A stretch of DNA of 52,073 bases from an uncultured Acidimicrobium sp. (GTDB lineage Bacteria > Actinomycetota > Acidimicrobiia > Acidimicrobiales > Ilumatobacteraceae). Below the pieces are notes generated by a model that was given only the letters and a program-made list of their open reading frames with translations, did no database searches and was not told the origin of the DNA. Numbering within the stretch: position 1 is the first letter of the stretch; each line of letters opens with the position of its first letter. A program made the position numbers and the translations under genes. The stretch covers positions 1 to 52,073 of the forward strand of contig CAYGOJ010000002.1 in the NCBI GenBank assembly GCA_964351545.1, written 5' to 3'. Shown piece by piece: positions 27,802 to 36,823 of the stretch.

Positions 27802-29768
27802 GTGGTCCGCTCGGGCGAGCACTCCTATTAGTTGGAATTGTTGGAGCGGTGTTTGGGGCGATTGCATCCATTGCCAGCGTGCGCTCGCAAGACCAAAAAG
27901 TGGCAAGGCTTATTCCACGATTCGCGGTTCTTTCCTTTGCCGCCGCAGTGTTTGCGTTTGGGACCATGGAGTACGCGATGATTACTCGCGACTTTTCGCT
28001 CTCCTATGTGCAGAAAGTTGGCTCCACTTCGACCCCGCCTCTCTACAATTTTGCAGCGGTTTGGAGCGCCCTCGAAGGGTCAATCTTGCTGTGGGTGCTG
28101 GTCTTATCCGGCTACACATTGGCGATCGTTTTTTGGTTGCGGCGCCGATTGGATGATGTGTTGTCGCGTTGGGCAATGGCCGTGATGTTCATCGTCCAGG
28201 CGTTTTTCTTCCTTTTGTCGTTTGGACCTGCCAGCCCCTTCACAGCCGGCGCTCAAGGTGTGGTTGATGGAGCCGGGCCAAATCCGCTACTGCAGAACCA
28301 TCTCCTGGTGATGTTTCACCCACCACTTCTGTATCTGGGATATGTAGGGATGACCGTGCCGTTCGCCTTCGCCATAGCGGCACTGATCACCGGACGACTG
28401 GGTGAGGGCTGGCTATTGGCGACTCGACGGTGGACATTGTTTGCCTGGGGCTTTCTCACGGTCGGAATCGTGCTCGGCGGCTGGTGGAGTTATGAGGTAC
28501 TCGGATGGAGCGGGGTGTGGGCATGGGATCCGGTAGAGAATGCGTCGCTTTTACCTTGGATCACCGCCACGGCATACATCCACTCGGTATTGGTCCAAGA
28601 GCGTCGCGGGATGTTGCGGGTGTGGAACCTTTCGCTACTTGTCTCGACCTTCAGCCTGACGATTCTCGGAACCTTTCTCACACGCTCTGGAGTTCTCAAC
28701 AGCGTGCATTCGTTTAGTGAAAGCAATATTGGCCCATGGCTATTGGCCTTTTTTGCGGTGGTTGTCATTTCATCCATCGCGCTGATCGGTTGGCGTGGAG
28801 ACCGTCTTCGATCTCCGGGAAGTATTGACTCGCCATTATCACGAGAGGGCGCGTTTCTAGCCAACAATGTTCTGTTTAGTTTGTTTGCCTTCGTCGTCTT
28901 GCTCGGCACAGTGTTTCCACTGATTATCGAGGCGGTTCAGAATCGCAACATTGTTGTTGGTGCTCCATTTTTTGATCGAATGACGATGCCGATTGGCATC
29001 GCCCTGTTGACAATTATGGCGATAGCGCCCGTCTTGCCCTGGCGCAAGGCCTCGGGTGAGTTGTTGCGTGAACGGCTGTTTTGGCCGGCATGGTGCGGGA
29101 TTGCGACACTGGCCCTGTGCATCGCGATTGGCGCCACCGGGCTGGCACCGCTGCTGGCGTTTGGACTGGGTGGATTTGCAATTGGTTCGGCGATGCGACA
29201 AGTAATTCTGGCAACTCGCCGGCAGGGACTTCGCGGTCTGGTTGGACGAACGAACGGGGGAATGATTGTCCATGTCGGCGTCATACTCATTTCGGTGAGC
29301 CTGGCGGCCTCGAATAGTTACACACACAGCCAAGAACTTGATTTAATTGCAGGGGTTCCGGCCCGCTTTGGCGGTCACAGTTTTGAATTTGTGAAATTTG
29401 TCGAACACACCGATGCCCGCAGAACCAGTGTCTCCGCGTTGGTCAAGATAGATGGAGGCCAAGCGTATGCGCCGGCGATCACCAAGTACACAAATGTAGG
29501 AATCAACATTGGTACTCCTTCGGTGAAGACCGGCATTTTCGAAGATCTCTACCTGACACTTGAACCGCCCGTCTTGAAAGATTCGGCCACGGCAAGAATC
29601 AAGGTGTTTATCAAACCGCTTGTGTTGTGGCTGTGGGTCGGTGGGGGTCTGATGGCTGTCGGGACGTTACTGGCCGCATTTCCCGGTCGTCGACGGCGCC
29701 CAACCTCGGCGACTTCGGCATTGTTGCCCAGCGACTCAGATGTCGCGCAGGAAAAGGCGGGTGTATGA
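27798..29768 (+). CDS. ccmF: cytochrome c heme lyase subunit CcmF
   Basis: WWD motif GWSGVWAWDPVENASLLPW, multi-TM. The ORF is open from GTG 27780; I prefer GTG 27798, which overlaps the ccmE stop (GTGA). Confidence 0.9.
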   Translation: MSGPLGRALLLVGIVGAVFGAIASIASVRSQDQKVARLIPRFAVLSFAAAVFAFGTMEYAMITRDFSLSYVQKVGSTSTPPLYNFAAVWSALEGSILLWVLVLSGYTLAIVFWLRRRLDDVLSRWAMAVMFIVQAFFFLLSFGPASPFTAGAQGVVDGAGPNPLLQNHLLVMFHPPLLYLGYVGMTVPFAFAIAALITGRLGEGWLLATRRWTLFAWGFLTVGIVLGGWWSYEVLGWSGVWAWDPVENASLLPWITATAYIHSVLVQERRGMLRVWNLSLLVSTFSLTILGTFLTRSGVLNSVHSFSESNIGPWLLAFFAVVVISSIALIGWRGDRLRSPGSIDSPLSREGAFLANNVLFSLFAFVVLLGTVFPLIIEAVQNRNIVVGAPFFDRMTMPIGIALLTIMAIAPVLPWRKASGELLRERLFWPAWCGIATLALCIAIGATGLAPLLAFGLGGFAIGSAMRQVILATRRQGLRGLVGRTNGGMIVHVGVILISVSLAASNSYTHSQELDLIAGVPARFGGHSFEFVKFVEHTDARRTSVSALVKIDGGQAYAPAITKYTNVGINIGTPSVKTGIFEDLYLTLEPPVLKDSATARIKVFIKPLVLWLWVGGGLMAVGTLLAAFPGRRRRPTSATSALLPSDSDVAQEKAGV

Positions 29769-30316
29769 GCGAGCGACGCGGTGCTCGAATAGTCTCCGTT
29801 GCGATCGGGCTGGTCCTGGTGGCCCTTCTGTTGGTTCTATGGAATGCATCGCCCAGTCCAGCGGAAAACGCAGATTCGCCATTGCTCGGTCAGCCCGCCC
29901 CGGCAGTGGATACGACCACGTTGGACGATGAGCAGTTCAGTTTGGCGAGACGTAAGGGGTCGTGGGTGATTCTCAATTTTTTCAACTCCACATGTGTGCC
30001 ATGTCGTAACGAGCATCCATTTCTGCTGTCCTTTGCCGCTCGAGAGGCATTGGTACAAGATCCGGCGGAGTTATACACGGTGATCAACGACGACGACGAC
30101 GTCTCCGTGTCGGCATACTTTCAGACATTTGGTGGCGATTGGCCAAAGTTGCGAGACCAAAACGGCGCCATCGCAATTGCATTTGGTTTGGCCAAGGTTC
30201 CCGAGACATGGATAATCGATCCGAACGGGTACGTGAGATTGCGCATTGCCGGACAGTTGAGTGAAGGTTTGCTAGACGAGCAGCTTTCCGCACTAAAGGC
30301 GGGATTCGGCGGATGA
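29765..30316 (+). CDS. ccmG: thiol:disulfide oxidoreductase CcmG/DsbE (TlpA family)
   Basis: ATG 29765 overlaps the ccmF stop (ATGA). TM anchor and thioredoxin motif NSTCVPCRNEHP. The longer ORF from 29627 is rejected. Confidence 0.88.
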   Translation: MSERRGARIVSVAIGLVLVALLLVLWNASPSPAENADSPLLGQPAPAVDTTTLDDEQFSLARRKGSWVILNFFNSTCVPCRNEHPFLLSFAAREALVQDPAELYTVINDDDDVSVSAYFQTFGGDWPKLRDQNGAIAIAFGLAKVPETWIIDPNGYVRLRIAGQLSEGLLDEQLSALKAGFGG

Positions 30317-30786
30317 AATCTGATCACAAGATCAAGGGTCCAATTGTTTGGGTCGTCATGGCGATCGCTGTTGGCTTGTTGCTGGCAGTTGGTGCTACTC
30401 GAGATCGTGGGCCGCATACTCAACAGGACCGAGTCGACAGTATTTCCAAGCGACTGGCATGTCCGACCTGTCAAGGCGAGAGCGTTTACGTGTCACGTGC
30501 TTCGGCGGCGGTGTCATTGCGCGATGAAATCGCCCGACAAGTGAGGAGCGGAGAGCGCAGCGATGATCAGATCATCGCTTACGTTGAAGAACGATTCGGG
30601 GGGCAGGTATTGCTTGTGCCTCGTTCCAGCGGAATCGATGCACTGGTGTGGGCACTGCCGATTGCTGCGTTGGTATGCGCACTGGTTGGTTTGATCGCGG
30701 CATTTCGTCGGTGGAAGGTCTCCAAGGTTTCCGATATCAGCGTCGCCGATCGCGAACTGGTAGACAAAGCTCTCCATGATCTCTGA
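30313..30786 (+). CDS. ccmH: cytochrome c biogenesis protein CcmH/NrfF
   Basis: 157 aa. LACPTCQGESV (CxxC) motif, C-terminal TM, ATGA overlap with ccmG. Confidence 0.88.
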   Translation: MKSDHKIKGPIVWVVMAIAVGLLLAVGATRDRGPHTQQDRVDSISKRLACPTCQGESVYVSRASAAVSLRDEIARQVRSGERSDDQIIAYVEERFGGQVLLVPRSSGIDALVWALPIAALVCALVGLIAAFRRWKVSKVSDISVADRELVDKALHDL

Positions 30787-31531
30787 ACCAGATCAAAATC
30801 CAAATGGTGATCTACCAACTGAATTGCGTGACGAACGACAATTCCTGCTCCAGTCCTTGCGAGACCTCGACCGTGAATGGGAGGCGGGGGATATTGACGA
30901 ACTCGACTATGTCGCATTACGCGATGGTTACACCGTTCGAGCCGCAAGCGTCATCGCCCAATTGGCTAGCGGTGAATATATAGGTAGTAAATCTCCTCGT
31001 CGCTCGGCGCGGCTGAAGATGTTGGGAATTGCATTTGTGGTAGTCCTAAGTGCAAGCAGTATCGGTTGGTTCATGGCCACACAATTTGGTCAGCGCCTAC
31101 CGGGCCAGAGCCTGTCCGGTGGTATCGCCGACAGCACGGCAAATCTGTTGTCTCAGGCTCGAGCAATTAATTTTACGGATCCAGCCAAGGCGGTCGAACT
31201 GTATTCTCAAGTACTTAAGACCGATCCCGACAATATTGAGGCCCTCACGTATCGGGCATGGCTGATCGCCCTTATCTCGCGAGACGCAAGTGAAGATCTC
31301 AAGATCCTCGCCTTTGCCACCGCAACCGAAGATCTAGGTCGAGCCATCGCGCTCGATTCTCGCTACCCGGACGCTCATTGCTTCCTCGGAATTATTCGAT
31401 TTCGAATCGCCGCCGACGCCAGGGGTGCCAAGGAGGAGCTTCTCATATGTCAAGAATTCAATCCGCCAGCACTTGTTCAGGAGTTTGTGGACTCGATTGT
31501 CGCCGAGGTCGACGCGGCACTAGAGGGTTGA
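30776..31531 (+). CDS. ccmI: CcmI/CycH-like TPR protein
   Basis: 251 aa. It overlaps the ccmH 3' end, has one TM (LKMLGIAFVVVLSASSIGWFMA) and a TPR-like C-terminal region (AVELYSQVLKTDPDNIEALTYRAW). Confidence 0.65.
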   Translation: MISEPDQNPNGDLPTELRDERQFLLQSLRDLDREWEAGDIDELDYVALRDGYTVRAASVIAQLASGEYIGSKSPRRSARLKMLGIAFVVVLSASSIGWFMATQFGQRLPGQSLSGGIADSTANLLSQARAINFTDPAKAVELYSQVLKTDPDNIEALTYRAWLIALISRDASEDLKILAFATATEDLGRAIALDSRYPDAHCFLGIIRFRIAADARGAKEELLICQEFNPPALVQEFVDSIVAEVDAALEG

Positions 31532-31984
31532 CGGGGGTGGCCAGGCCGCGGCGCTAACGAACGAATTCAGATTTCGTTCAAGCACCCACACCGATGCTTT
31601 GCGCCAATCCGGTGCCGTCGTGATCGTCATGCCGCGATTCTCGAGAGTTCGAATGACCGCTGGAATCATGTCGCCGTGGCTGCAGATAACGGCGCGATCG
31701 GGTGCTTGCTCAAGCAGGTGAATTATCTCCGCGATGTCGCTTTCCTCGGCGAGTCGCTCGTCGATAAGTATCGGCAGTCCAGTCATTTCACTGAGGTCGT
31801 TGAGCGACTGGACACATCGCAAGAATGGGCTTGACATCAATTTTGTTGGCGCCATCGCCGAAATTTTGGTAGCCAGCGACTTTGCCTGCACTCGCCCCGC
31901 CTCGTCCAACGGCCTTGTCAGGTCGGGACCACTCCACAGGCTTTTTCTGCCGGCCTTGGCATGGCGTACCAGATAGATAGACAT
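31520..31984 (-). CDS. histidine phosphatase family protein (SixA-like)
   Basis: Preferred start is ATG 31984 (MSIYLVRHAKAG, the RHG-type motif). The ORF is open to 32053. Its 3' end overlaps ccmI by 12 nt. Confidence 0.8.
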   Translation of the reverse strand: MSIYLVRHAKAGRKSLWSGPDLTRPLDEAGRVQAKSLATKISAMAPTKLMSSPFLRCVQSLNDLSEMTGLPILIDERLAEESDIAEIIHLLEQAPDRAVICSHGDMIPAVIRTLENRGMTITTAPDWRKASVWVLERNLNSFVSAAAWPPPSTL

Positions 31985-32023
31985 CGTCAAGAAATCTAGT
32001 GTCGACCACGGCACAATGTACCT

Positions 32024-32635
32024 ATGGGTTTCTTCGACCGAAATCGGGAACAACTTGCGGCCAAAGGTTTGGACGAGTCACGACTTCCACCCGGCCAATA
32101 TCTCACCGACAGATTTCCCGTCCTCCACGTCGGCGATGTGCCGGTCTACAAACCGGGTGAGTGGGACTTGAAAATATCCGGACTAGTTGATCGCCCGTTT
32201 ACGGTAAACCTCGACGAACTGAAGTCGATGGATTCGGTAACCATCACCACGGATATTCACTGCGTCACGAAATGGTCAAAATTTGACACCACGTGGACGG
32301 GGGTTCGCGTGCGCGATCTCTTTGCCCAAGCCGCGATTTCGACCCGCGCCACCCATGTGATGGGACATGCCGAATTTGGTTACAGCGCCAACCTGCCGCT
32401 TGACGACGTCATCGGCGACAATGCAATTGTTGCCTACGCATATGAGGGGGACGAGATTGAGTCCATCCACGGTGGTCCCGTACGACTTGTCGTCCCTCAC
32501 CTGTACTTTTGGAAATCGCCGAAATGGTTGCGTGGTCTGGAACTTCGTTCCGAAGATTCTCCAGGATTTTGGGAACAAAACGGTTATCACATGTACGGCG
32601 ACCCGTTCAGGGAACAGCGTTTTTGGGGAGACTAA
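32024..32635 (+). CDS. small sulfite-oxidase-like molybdopterin-binding oxidoreductase (YuiH/MsrP-type catalytic domain)
   Basis: 203 aa. LPPGQYLTDRFPVLHVGDVP, TTDIHCVTKWSK and WKSPKWLRGLE motifs of the Oxidored_molyb domain. No signal peptide seen. Confidence 0.8.
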   Translation: MGFFDRNREQLAAKGLDESRLPPGQYLTDRFPVLHVGDVPVYKPGEWDLKISGLVDRPFTVNLDELKSMDSVTITTDIHCVTKWSKFDTTWTGVRVRDLFAQAAISTRATHVMGHAEFGYSANLPLDDVIGDNAIVAYAYEGDEIESIHGGPVRLVVPHLYFWKSPKWLRGLELRSEDSPGFWEQNGYHMYGDPFREQRFWGD

Positions 32636-32650
32636 GTATTGGAAAGCGAA

Positions 32651-33433
32651 CTACACCGTAGTTGCGCAAAACGTGTCGCCCTGTGGTAGCGACGCCGACA
32701 TTTCCGGCGATGTTTCTCCGTAAATGGCGGTAAGCATTCCTTTCACCATTCCGCGGTCAACCGCACAGATAACCGGGTGCTCAATGGCAACATCGCCAAA
32801 CGGACAGTGATTGTTGACGATTCGTAGTTGGTTGTTGCGTTGGTCGGTATGGGCGGCAAAACCTTGCGCGGTTAGTGCATCTGCCACGGTTTGCAGTGCG
32901 GACCGCAACGACCGATGCCCGACATTTACGCCGTTTTCTGAAATGCCCGGTCCCGTGAGCCCGGCAGCCATGATTCGACCGTATTGTTGACCAACTTCTT
33001 CGGCCATGGCCTCTGCATCTTGCGGCGCCAGCAATGCCAGAGCCTTACCAAGTAGCGAAAGCACTAGATCATCACTGCGTACGGGAAAATCAAGATGCGG
33101 TGAATCGCCGACAGCTCGATAGCGCTTGGACGGTCGCCCCGCGCCGGCGCCTTTGTGATGTTCAATCGCAACTTCGAGATAACCGCCCGCAGCAAGCTTG
33201 TCCAAATGATGGCGGGCGACATTTGGATGGACATCAAATTCGTTGGCGATTTGTGCAGCGGTGAGACCTTCGGGGTGCTCGCGCGAAAAGAGATACACGG
33301 CGCGACGCGTTGGGTCCCCAAAAGCCGATGTGATGGCCGACACCGTCGCGGTAAACGAGCCCGACGTAATTGATGTCGAGATTGTGTTTTGACCGAGAAC
33401 AGTTTTGGTCGGGGTCAGTGATTTCCGTGCCAC
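32651..33433 (-). CDS. winged-helix (ArsR/SufR-like) transcriptional regulator with a C-terminal Cys motif
   Basis: 260 aa. wHTH LTAAQIANEFDVHPNVARHHLDKLAAGGYL. C-terminal C-x12-C-x32-C (NNHCPFGDVAIEHPVIC...FCATTV). Confidence 0.6.
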   Translation of the reverse strand: MARKSLTPTKTVLGQNTISTSITSGSFTATVSAITSAFGDPTRRAVYLFSREHPEGLTAAQIANEFDVHPNVARHHLDKLAAGGYLEVAIEHHKGAGAGRPSKRYRAVGDSPHLDFPVRSDDLVLSLLGKALALLAPQDAEAMAEEVGQQYGRIMAAGLTGPGISENGVNVGHRSLRSALQTVADALTAQGFAAHTDQRNNQLRIVNNHCPFGDVAIEHPVICAVDRGMVKGMLTAIYGETSPEMSASLPQGDTFCATTV

Positions 33434-33493
33434 AGAGGTATTCTATCTATGGCGATTGTAGTAATTAGTTGAAGCCTTACGAGTCGGAGATCA

Positions 33494-34642
33494 ATGCCAT
33501 TACCAACGCACGAACAGGTCATTGACGCACTTCGCCCCGTACAAGACCCGGAACTGCATCGCTCGATCGTCGATCTAGGCATGGTGCGTGACGTCGTAGT
33601 CAATGGCAATGGCGTGATCGAACTAACAGTTGTGCTGACAATTGCCGGCTGTCCATTGCGCAATGAAATTCAACAGCGAGTCAATGTCGCGTTGCGTGCC
33701 CTCGACGGCGTCAGCGATGTCGGCCTCAATTTTGGTGTGATGACGGATCAGGAACGCGTGGCCGTGCGTGAATTGCTGCACGGCGATCCGGGAGCCACGG
33801 CGGGAAGTACCCCTGCCCATGGTCATGCTGAAGGTCGCAAGATTCCCTTTGCCCAGCCTGGATCGCGAACACGACCAATCTTGATTGCCTCTGGAAAGGG
33901 TGGCGTTGGCAAAAGCAGCGTGACTACCAACCTCGCGGTCGCGCTAGCAGCCATGGGACACAAGGTTGGCATCGTCGATGCGGATATCTACGGTTACTCG
34001 ATTCCACGAATGCTTGGCACCGATAGAGATCCAGTAATCATCGACAACATGCTCCTCCCACCCGAGGCATGGGGAGTTCGTTGTATCAGTATCGGATATT
34101 TTGTGCCAGACGGTCAGGCCGTTGTCTGGCGCGGTCCAATGCTGCACAAAGCGCTTGAACAGTTCCTCACCGATGTATTTTGGGACGAACCAGACTTTCT
34201 GCTGATCGACATGCCGCCAGGAACTGGGGACATTGCATTGAGCCTTAGTCAATTTTTGCCGCGCGCCGAAGTTCTTGTGGTGACAACTCCCCAGCAGGCC
34301 GCTCAAAAGGTTGCGCGACTAGCTGCGGCAATGGCGGCCAAGGTAAACCTTCCGGTACGCGGCATCATTGAGAACATGTCGTGGTTTACCGGCGACGACG
34401 GCAAGCGTTACGAACTGTTTGGTTCCGGTGGGGGTCGGTTGCTAGCCGATGAACTTAGCGTCCCACTTCTCGCCCAGATCCCGCTCACCACCGAACTACG
34501 CGAGGGCGGCGATAACGGTCGACCTATTGCCGCTGTGGCTCCCGAAAGTGAAGTAGGACAGATATTTTTTGAATTGGCTAATAGGGTGGCACTTGAGATG
34601 AAACCCAAAAAGGTGTTCAGTGCTGCACTAAAAGTCACATAA
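33494..34642 (+). CDS. apbC: Mrp/NBP35/ApbC-family Fe-S cluster carrier ATPase with an N-terminal DUF59 domain
   Basis: 382 aa. DUF59 (PVQDPELHRSIVDLGMV), deviant Walker A SGKGGVGKSS and the ENMS motif. Confidence 0.9.
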   Translation: MPLPTHEQVIDALRPVQDPELHRSIVDLGMVRDVVVNGNGVIELTVVLTIAGCPLRNEIQQRVNVALRALDGVSDVGLNFGVMTDQERVAVRELLHGDPGATAGSTPAHGHAEGRKIPFAQPGSRTRPILIASGKGGVGKSSVTTNLAVALAAMGHKVGIVDADIYGYSIPRMLGTDRDPVIIDNMLLPPEAWGVRCISIGYFVPDGQAVVWRGPMLHKALEQFLTDVFWDEPDFLLIDMPPGTGDIALSLSQFLPRAEVLVVTTPQQAAQKVARLAAAMAAKVNLPVRGIIENMSWFTGDDGKRYELFGSGGGRLLADELSVPLLAQIPLTTELREGGDNGRPIAAVAPESEVGQIFFELANRVALEMKPKKVFSAALKVT

Positions 34643-34659
34643 CAAGAAAGAGATCAAAA

Positions 34660-34896
34660 ATGGACATCCGAATTGGTATCACCCACGCTCCACGCGAAAT
34701 ATCGATTGAAATCGAAGACGATGAGACATCGGTGACGCAGACCAAGGCATTGGCCGAAGCCGCATTGAGTGGAATGTCCACCACCTTTACGGTGACGGAC
34801 AGGCGTGGGCGTCAGGTCGTAGTTCCGTCGGCAAAAATTGCGTACGTCGAATTTGGGGCGCCCGATGGCGACCGCAAACTCGGCTTCGGTAGCTGA
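34660..34896 (+). CDS. DUF3107 family protein
   Basis: 78 aa. MDIRIGITHAPREISIE... is typical of the actinobacterial DUF3107. Confidence 0.75.
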   Translation: MDIRIGITHAPREISIEIEDDETSVTQTKALAEAALSGMSTTFTVTDRRGRQVVVPSAKIAYVEFGAPDGDRKLGFGS

Positions 34897-34915
34897 TACC
34901 GAGTGAGGTTCGGCA

Positions 34916-36412
34916 TTGCCAACGCTTGTTGAACTTGCTCACGAACACACCGACTTCGATAATGACACGGTCGCGCATCTAAGCGCGTTGGTTTCGGAAT
35001 GGGGAATGCTTGCCGACTTTTGTTTCGCCGACATGTTGTTGTATCTACCGGTCAGCACCGGCCGGTGGCTGATAAGTGCACAAGTTCGTGCCGCCACTGG
35101 GCAAACGCTGTATCGCGACGACTATGTCAATACGTGGGCTAGCGATTCGGAACAGGTGTTGCTCGACATTGCCTATCGAAACGGCGAGATTGGTTCTGGC
35201 GAGATCAAGGTTGAGGCAATTGGCGGCACCGCAAACATGCTCACGATTCCCGTGCGCTACGAGGGTGAAGTCATTGCCGTATTGTCTCGCGAATGGGTAA
35301 CCGATGTTGCCCGTCGTCCGGGGCAACTGGAAACGACGTATTCCGAAATATTTTCTGAATTTGCGGAAATGATTGCCCAAGGTCTGTTCCCCTTCACCGG
35401 CAATGTTGCCGACACGAGCATCGCGCCTCGTGTTGGTGACGGAGTCATCGTCTTGAATTCCGATGCCCGCGTACGCTACGCATCACCCAATGCGGTATCG
35501 GCACTGCATCGGGTCGGGGTGAGTGCAAACGCAGTTGGTCAAACTCTGGCCGAGTTGGGAGTAGCCGAAACGGCGGCCCGTCACGCCTTTGAACGAAAGG
35601 AACCGGTCGTCGAGGAGTTTGAACAAGCCGCGGATGTCACGCTTTTGACGCGGAGTATTCCCTTACTCAAGAAAACAACAAAGGGATCGGCGGTAACCGG
35701 TGGGGTCTTGCTGTTGCGCGACGTTTCAGAATTGAGGCGTCGGGATCGGTTGCTTCTCACTAAGGATGCCACAATTCGCGAAATTCACCATCGCGTGAAA
35801 AACAATCTACAGACAATTTCGTCACTACTGCGATTACAGGCCCGACGATTAACTTCATCTGAGGCAAAAGAGGCGGTGGACGAATCGGTGCGACGAATTC
35901 GAACGATTGCGCTAGTGCACGAAACGCTTTCGCGCGAACCAGGCGAGGACATTTCCTTCATTGAAATTGTTCGACCACTGATGCGATTGGTAGAGGAAGG
36001 TCTTCAGTCGGCCGATCGACCCGTTCACTTCATCGTGCGGGGCGAAGGTGGTCGCTTGCCGGCAACAGTGGCCACACCGTTATCGGTCGTCATTCTCGAA
36101 TTGTTGCAAAATGCGGTCGACCATGCATTTCCAGAGGGGAGTCTTGGTGGGTCGGTAGTTGTTTCATTGAGTCACGATGAGGATTCGCTTGGCGTCCGAG
36201 TTGTTGACAATGGGACGGGACTGCAACCCGATTTTGAACTCAGTAAGGCAACCGGTCTAGGACTTTCAATTGTGCGTACTCTCGTGACAACCGAACTTGC
36301 CGGGACAATTCAGATGCGACGTGCGGTTCGCAGCGATGGCGTTGAGGCGGAAATTGAGATGGAGAGTGACGGACAAGGCACCGTCGTCGATCTCAAGATC
36401 CCGATCTGTTAG
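34916..36412 (+). CDS. pdtaS: PdtaS-type sensor histidine kinase (GAF-PAS-HisKA_2-HATPase)
   Basis: 498 aa, TTG start. H-box EIHHRVKNNLQTISSLLRLQARR and an ATPase region LELLQNAVDHAF...GLGLSIV. Adjacent to a whiB1-like gene, as in mycobacteria. Confidence 0.85.
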   Translation: MPTLVELAHEHTDFDNDTVAHLSALVSEWGMLADFCFADMLLYLPVSTGRWLISAQVRAATGQTLYRDDYVNTWASDSEQVLLDIAYRNGEIGSGEIKVEAIGGTANMLTIPVRYEGEVIAVLSREWVTDVARRPGQLETTYSEIFSEFAEMIAQGLFPFTGNVADTSIAPRVGDGVIVLNSDARVRYASPNAVSALHRVGVSANAVGQTLAELGVAETAARHAFERKEPVVEEFEQAADVTLLTRSIPLLKKTTKGSAVTGGVLLLRDVSELRRRDRLLLTKDATIREIHHRVKNNLQTISSLLRLQARRLTSSEAKEAVDESVRRIRTIALVHETLSREPGEDISFIEIVRPLMRLVEEGLQSADRPVHFIVRGEGGRLPATVATPLSVVILELLQNAVDHAFPEGSLGGSVVVSLSHDEDSLGVRVVDNGTGLQPDFELSKATGLGLSIVRTLVTTELAGTIQMRRAVRSDGVEAEIEMESDGQGTVVDLKIPIC

Positions 36413-36726
36413 GCGCTGGCGCGAGCGGCCCGTCGCTCGGCGGTCAACTTTCGTCGAATATCGCGCCTTTCTTCTTCCGAAGTCCCACCCCAAATCCCGC
36501 AGTCCTGGTTGGTGTCAAGGGCAAACTCGAGGCACTCTCGCCGAACGCCGCACTCGTCACATACGGTCTTTGCGCGTGAGATTTGCTGTAACGCTTGGCC
36601 AGTGCTGCCGATGGGGAAGAAAAGTTCTGGGTCAGTGTCTTTACAGAGAGCCTCGATCCTCCATGTGTAGTCGGCTGATCCGAGGGCGAGGCTGGTGGCG
36701 AGAATTGACAAGTGAATCTCCTGCAT
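36409..36726 (-). CDS. whiB1: WhiB-family Fe-S transcription factor, WhiB1-like
   Basis: CKDTDPELFFP...VCDECGVRRECLEFAL...GIWGGTSEEERR, four Cys plus the GxWGG turn. An alternative TTG start at 36711 has AGGAG 6 nt upstream. Confidence 0.9.
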   Translation of the reverse strand: MQEIHLSILATSLALGSADYTWRIEALCKDTDPELFFPIGSTGQALQQISRAKTVCDECGVRRECLEFALDTNQDCGIWGGTSEEERRDIRRKLTAERRAARASA

Positions 36727-36740
36727 CGGGGTTGGACAAC

Positions 36741-36758
36741 GGTGTCACGATAGACACC
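36741..36758. promoter_or_regulatory. perfect 6-6-6 palindrome in the whiB1/GDPD divergent region (candidate operator)
   Basis: GGTGTC-ACGATA-GACACC at 36741-36758, 15 nt upstream of whiB1 ATG 36726. It has a GTG..N..CAC flavour like CRP/FNR-family sites. Confidence 0.4.
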
Positions 36759-36823
36759 CGCACTCTCGGTTGCAAGGGGTAAGCAAGGTTTTTGTCAAAA
36801 TTGTTCCGAGGTACTGTGCTGAG

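Noticed and set aside
29627-29764. A long N-terminal extension of the ccmG ORF. The same issue arises for 5917-5973, 46226-46414, 32053-31985, 51569-51504 and 38524-38553.
   Set aside because: The extensions overlap the preceding gene. Internal ATG codons create ATGA/TAATG coupling or follow good RBSs, and they give canonical N-termini.
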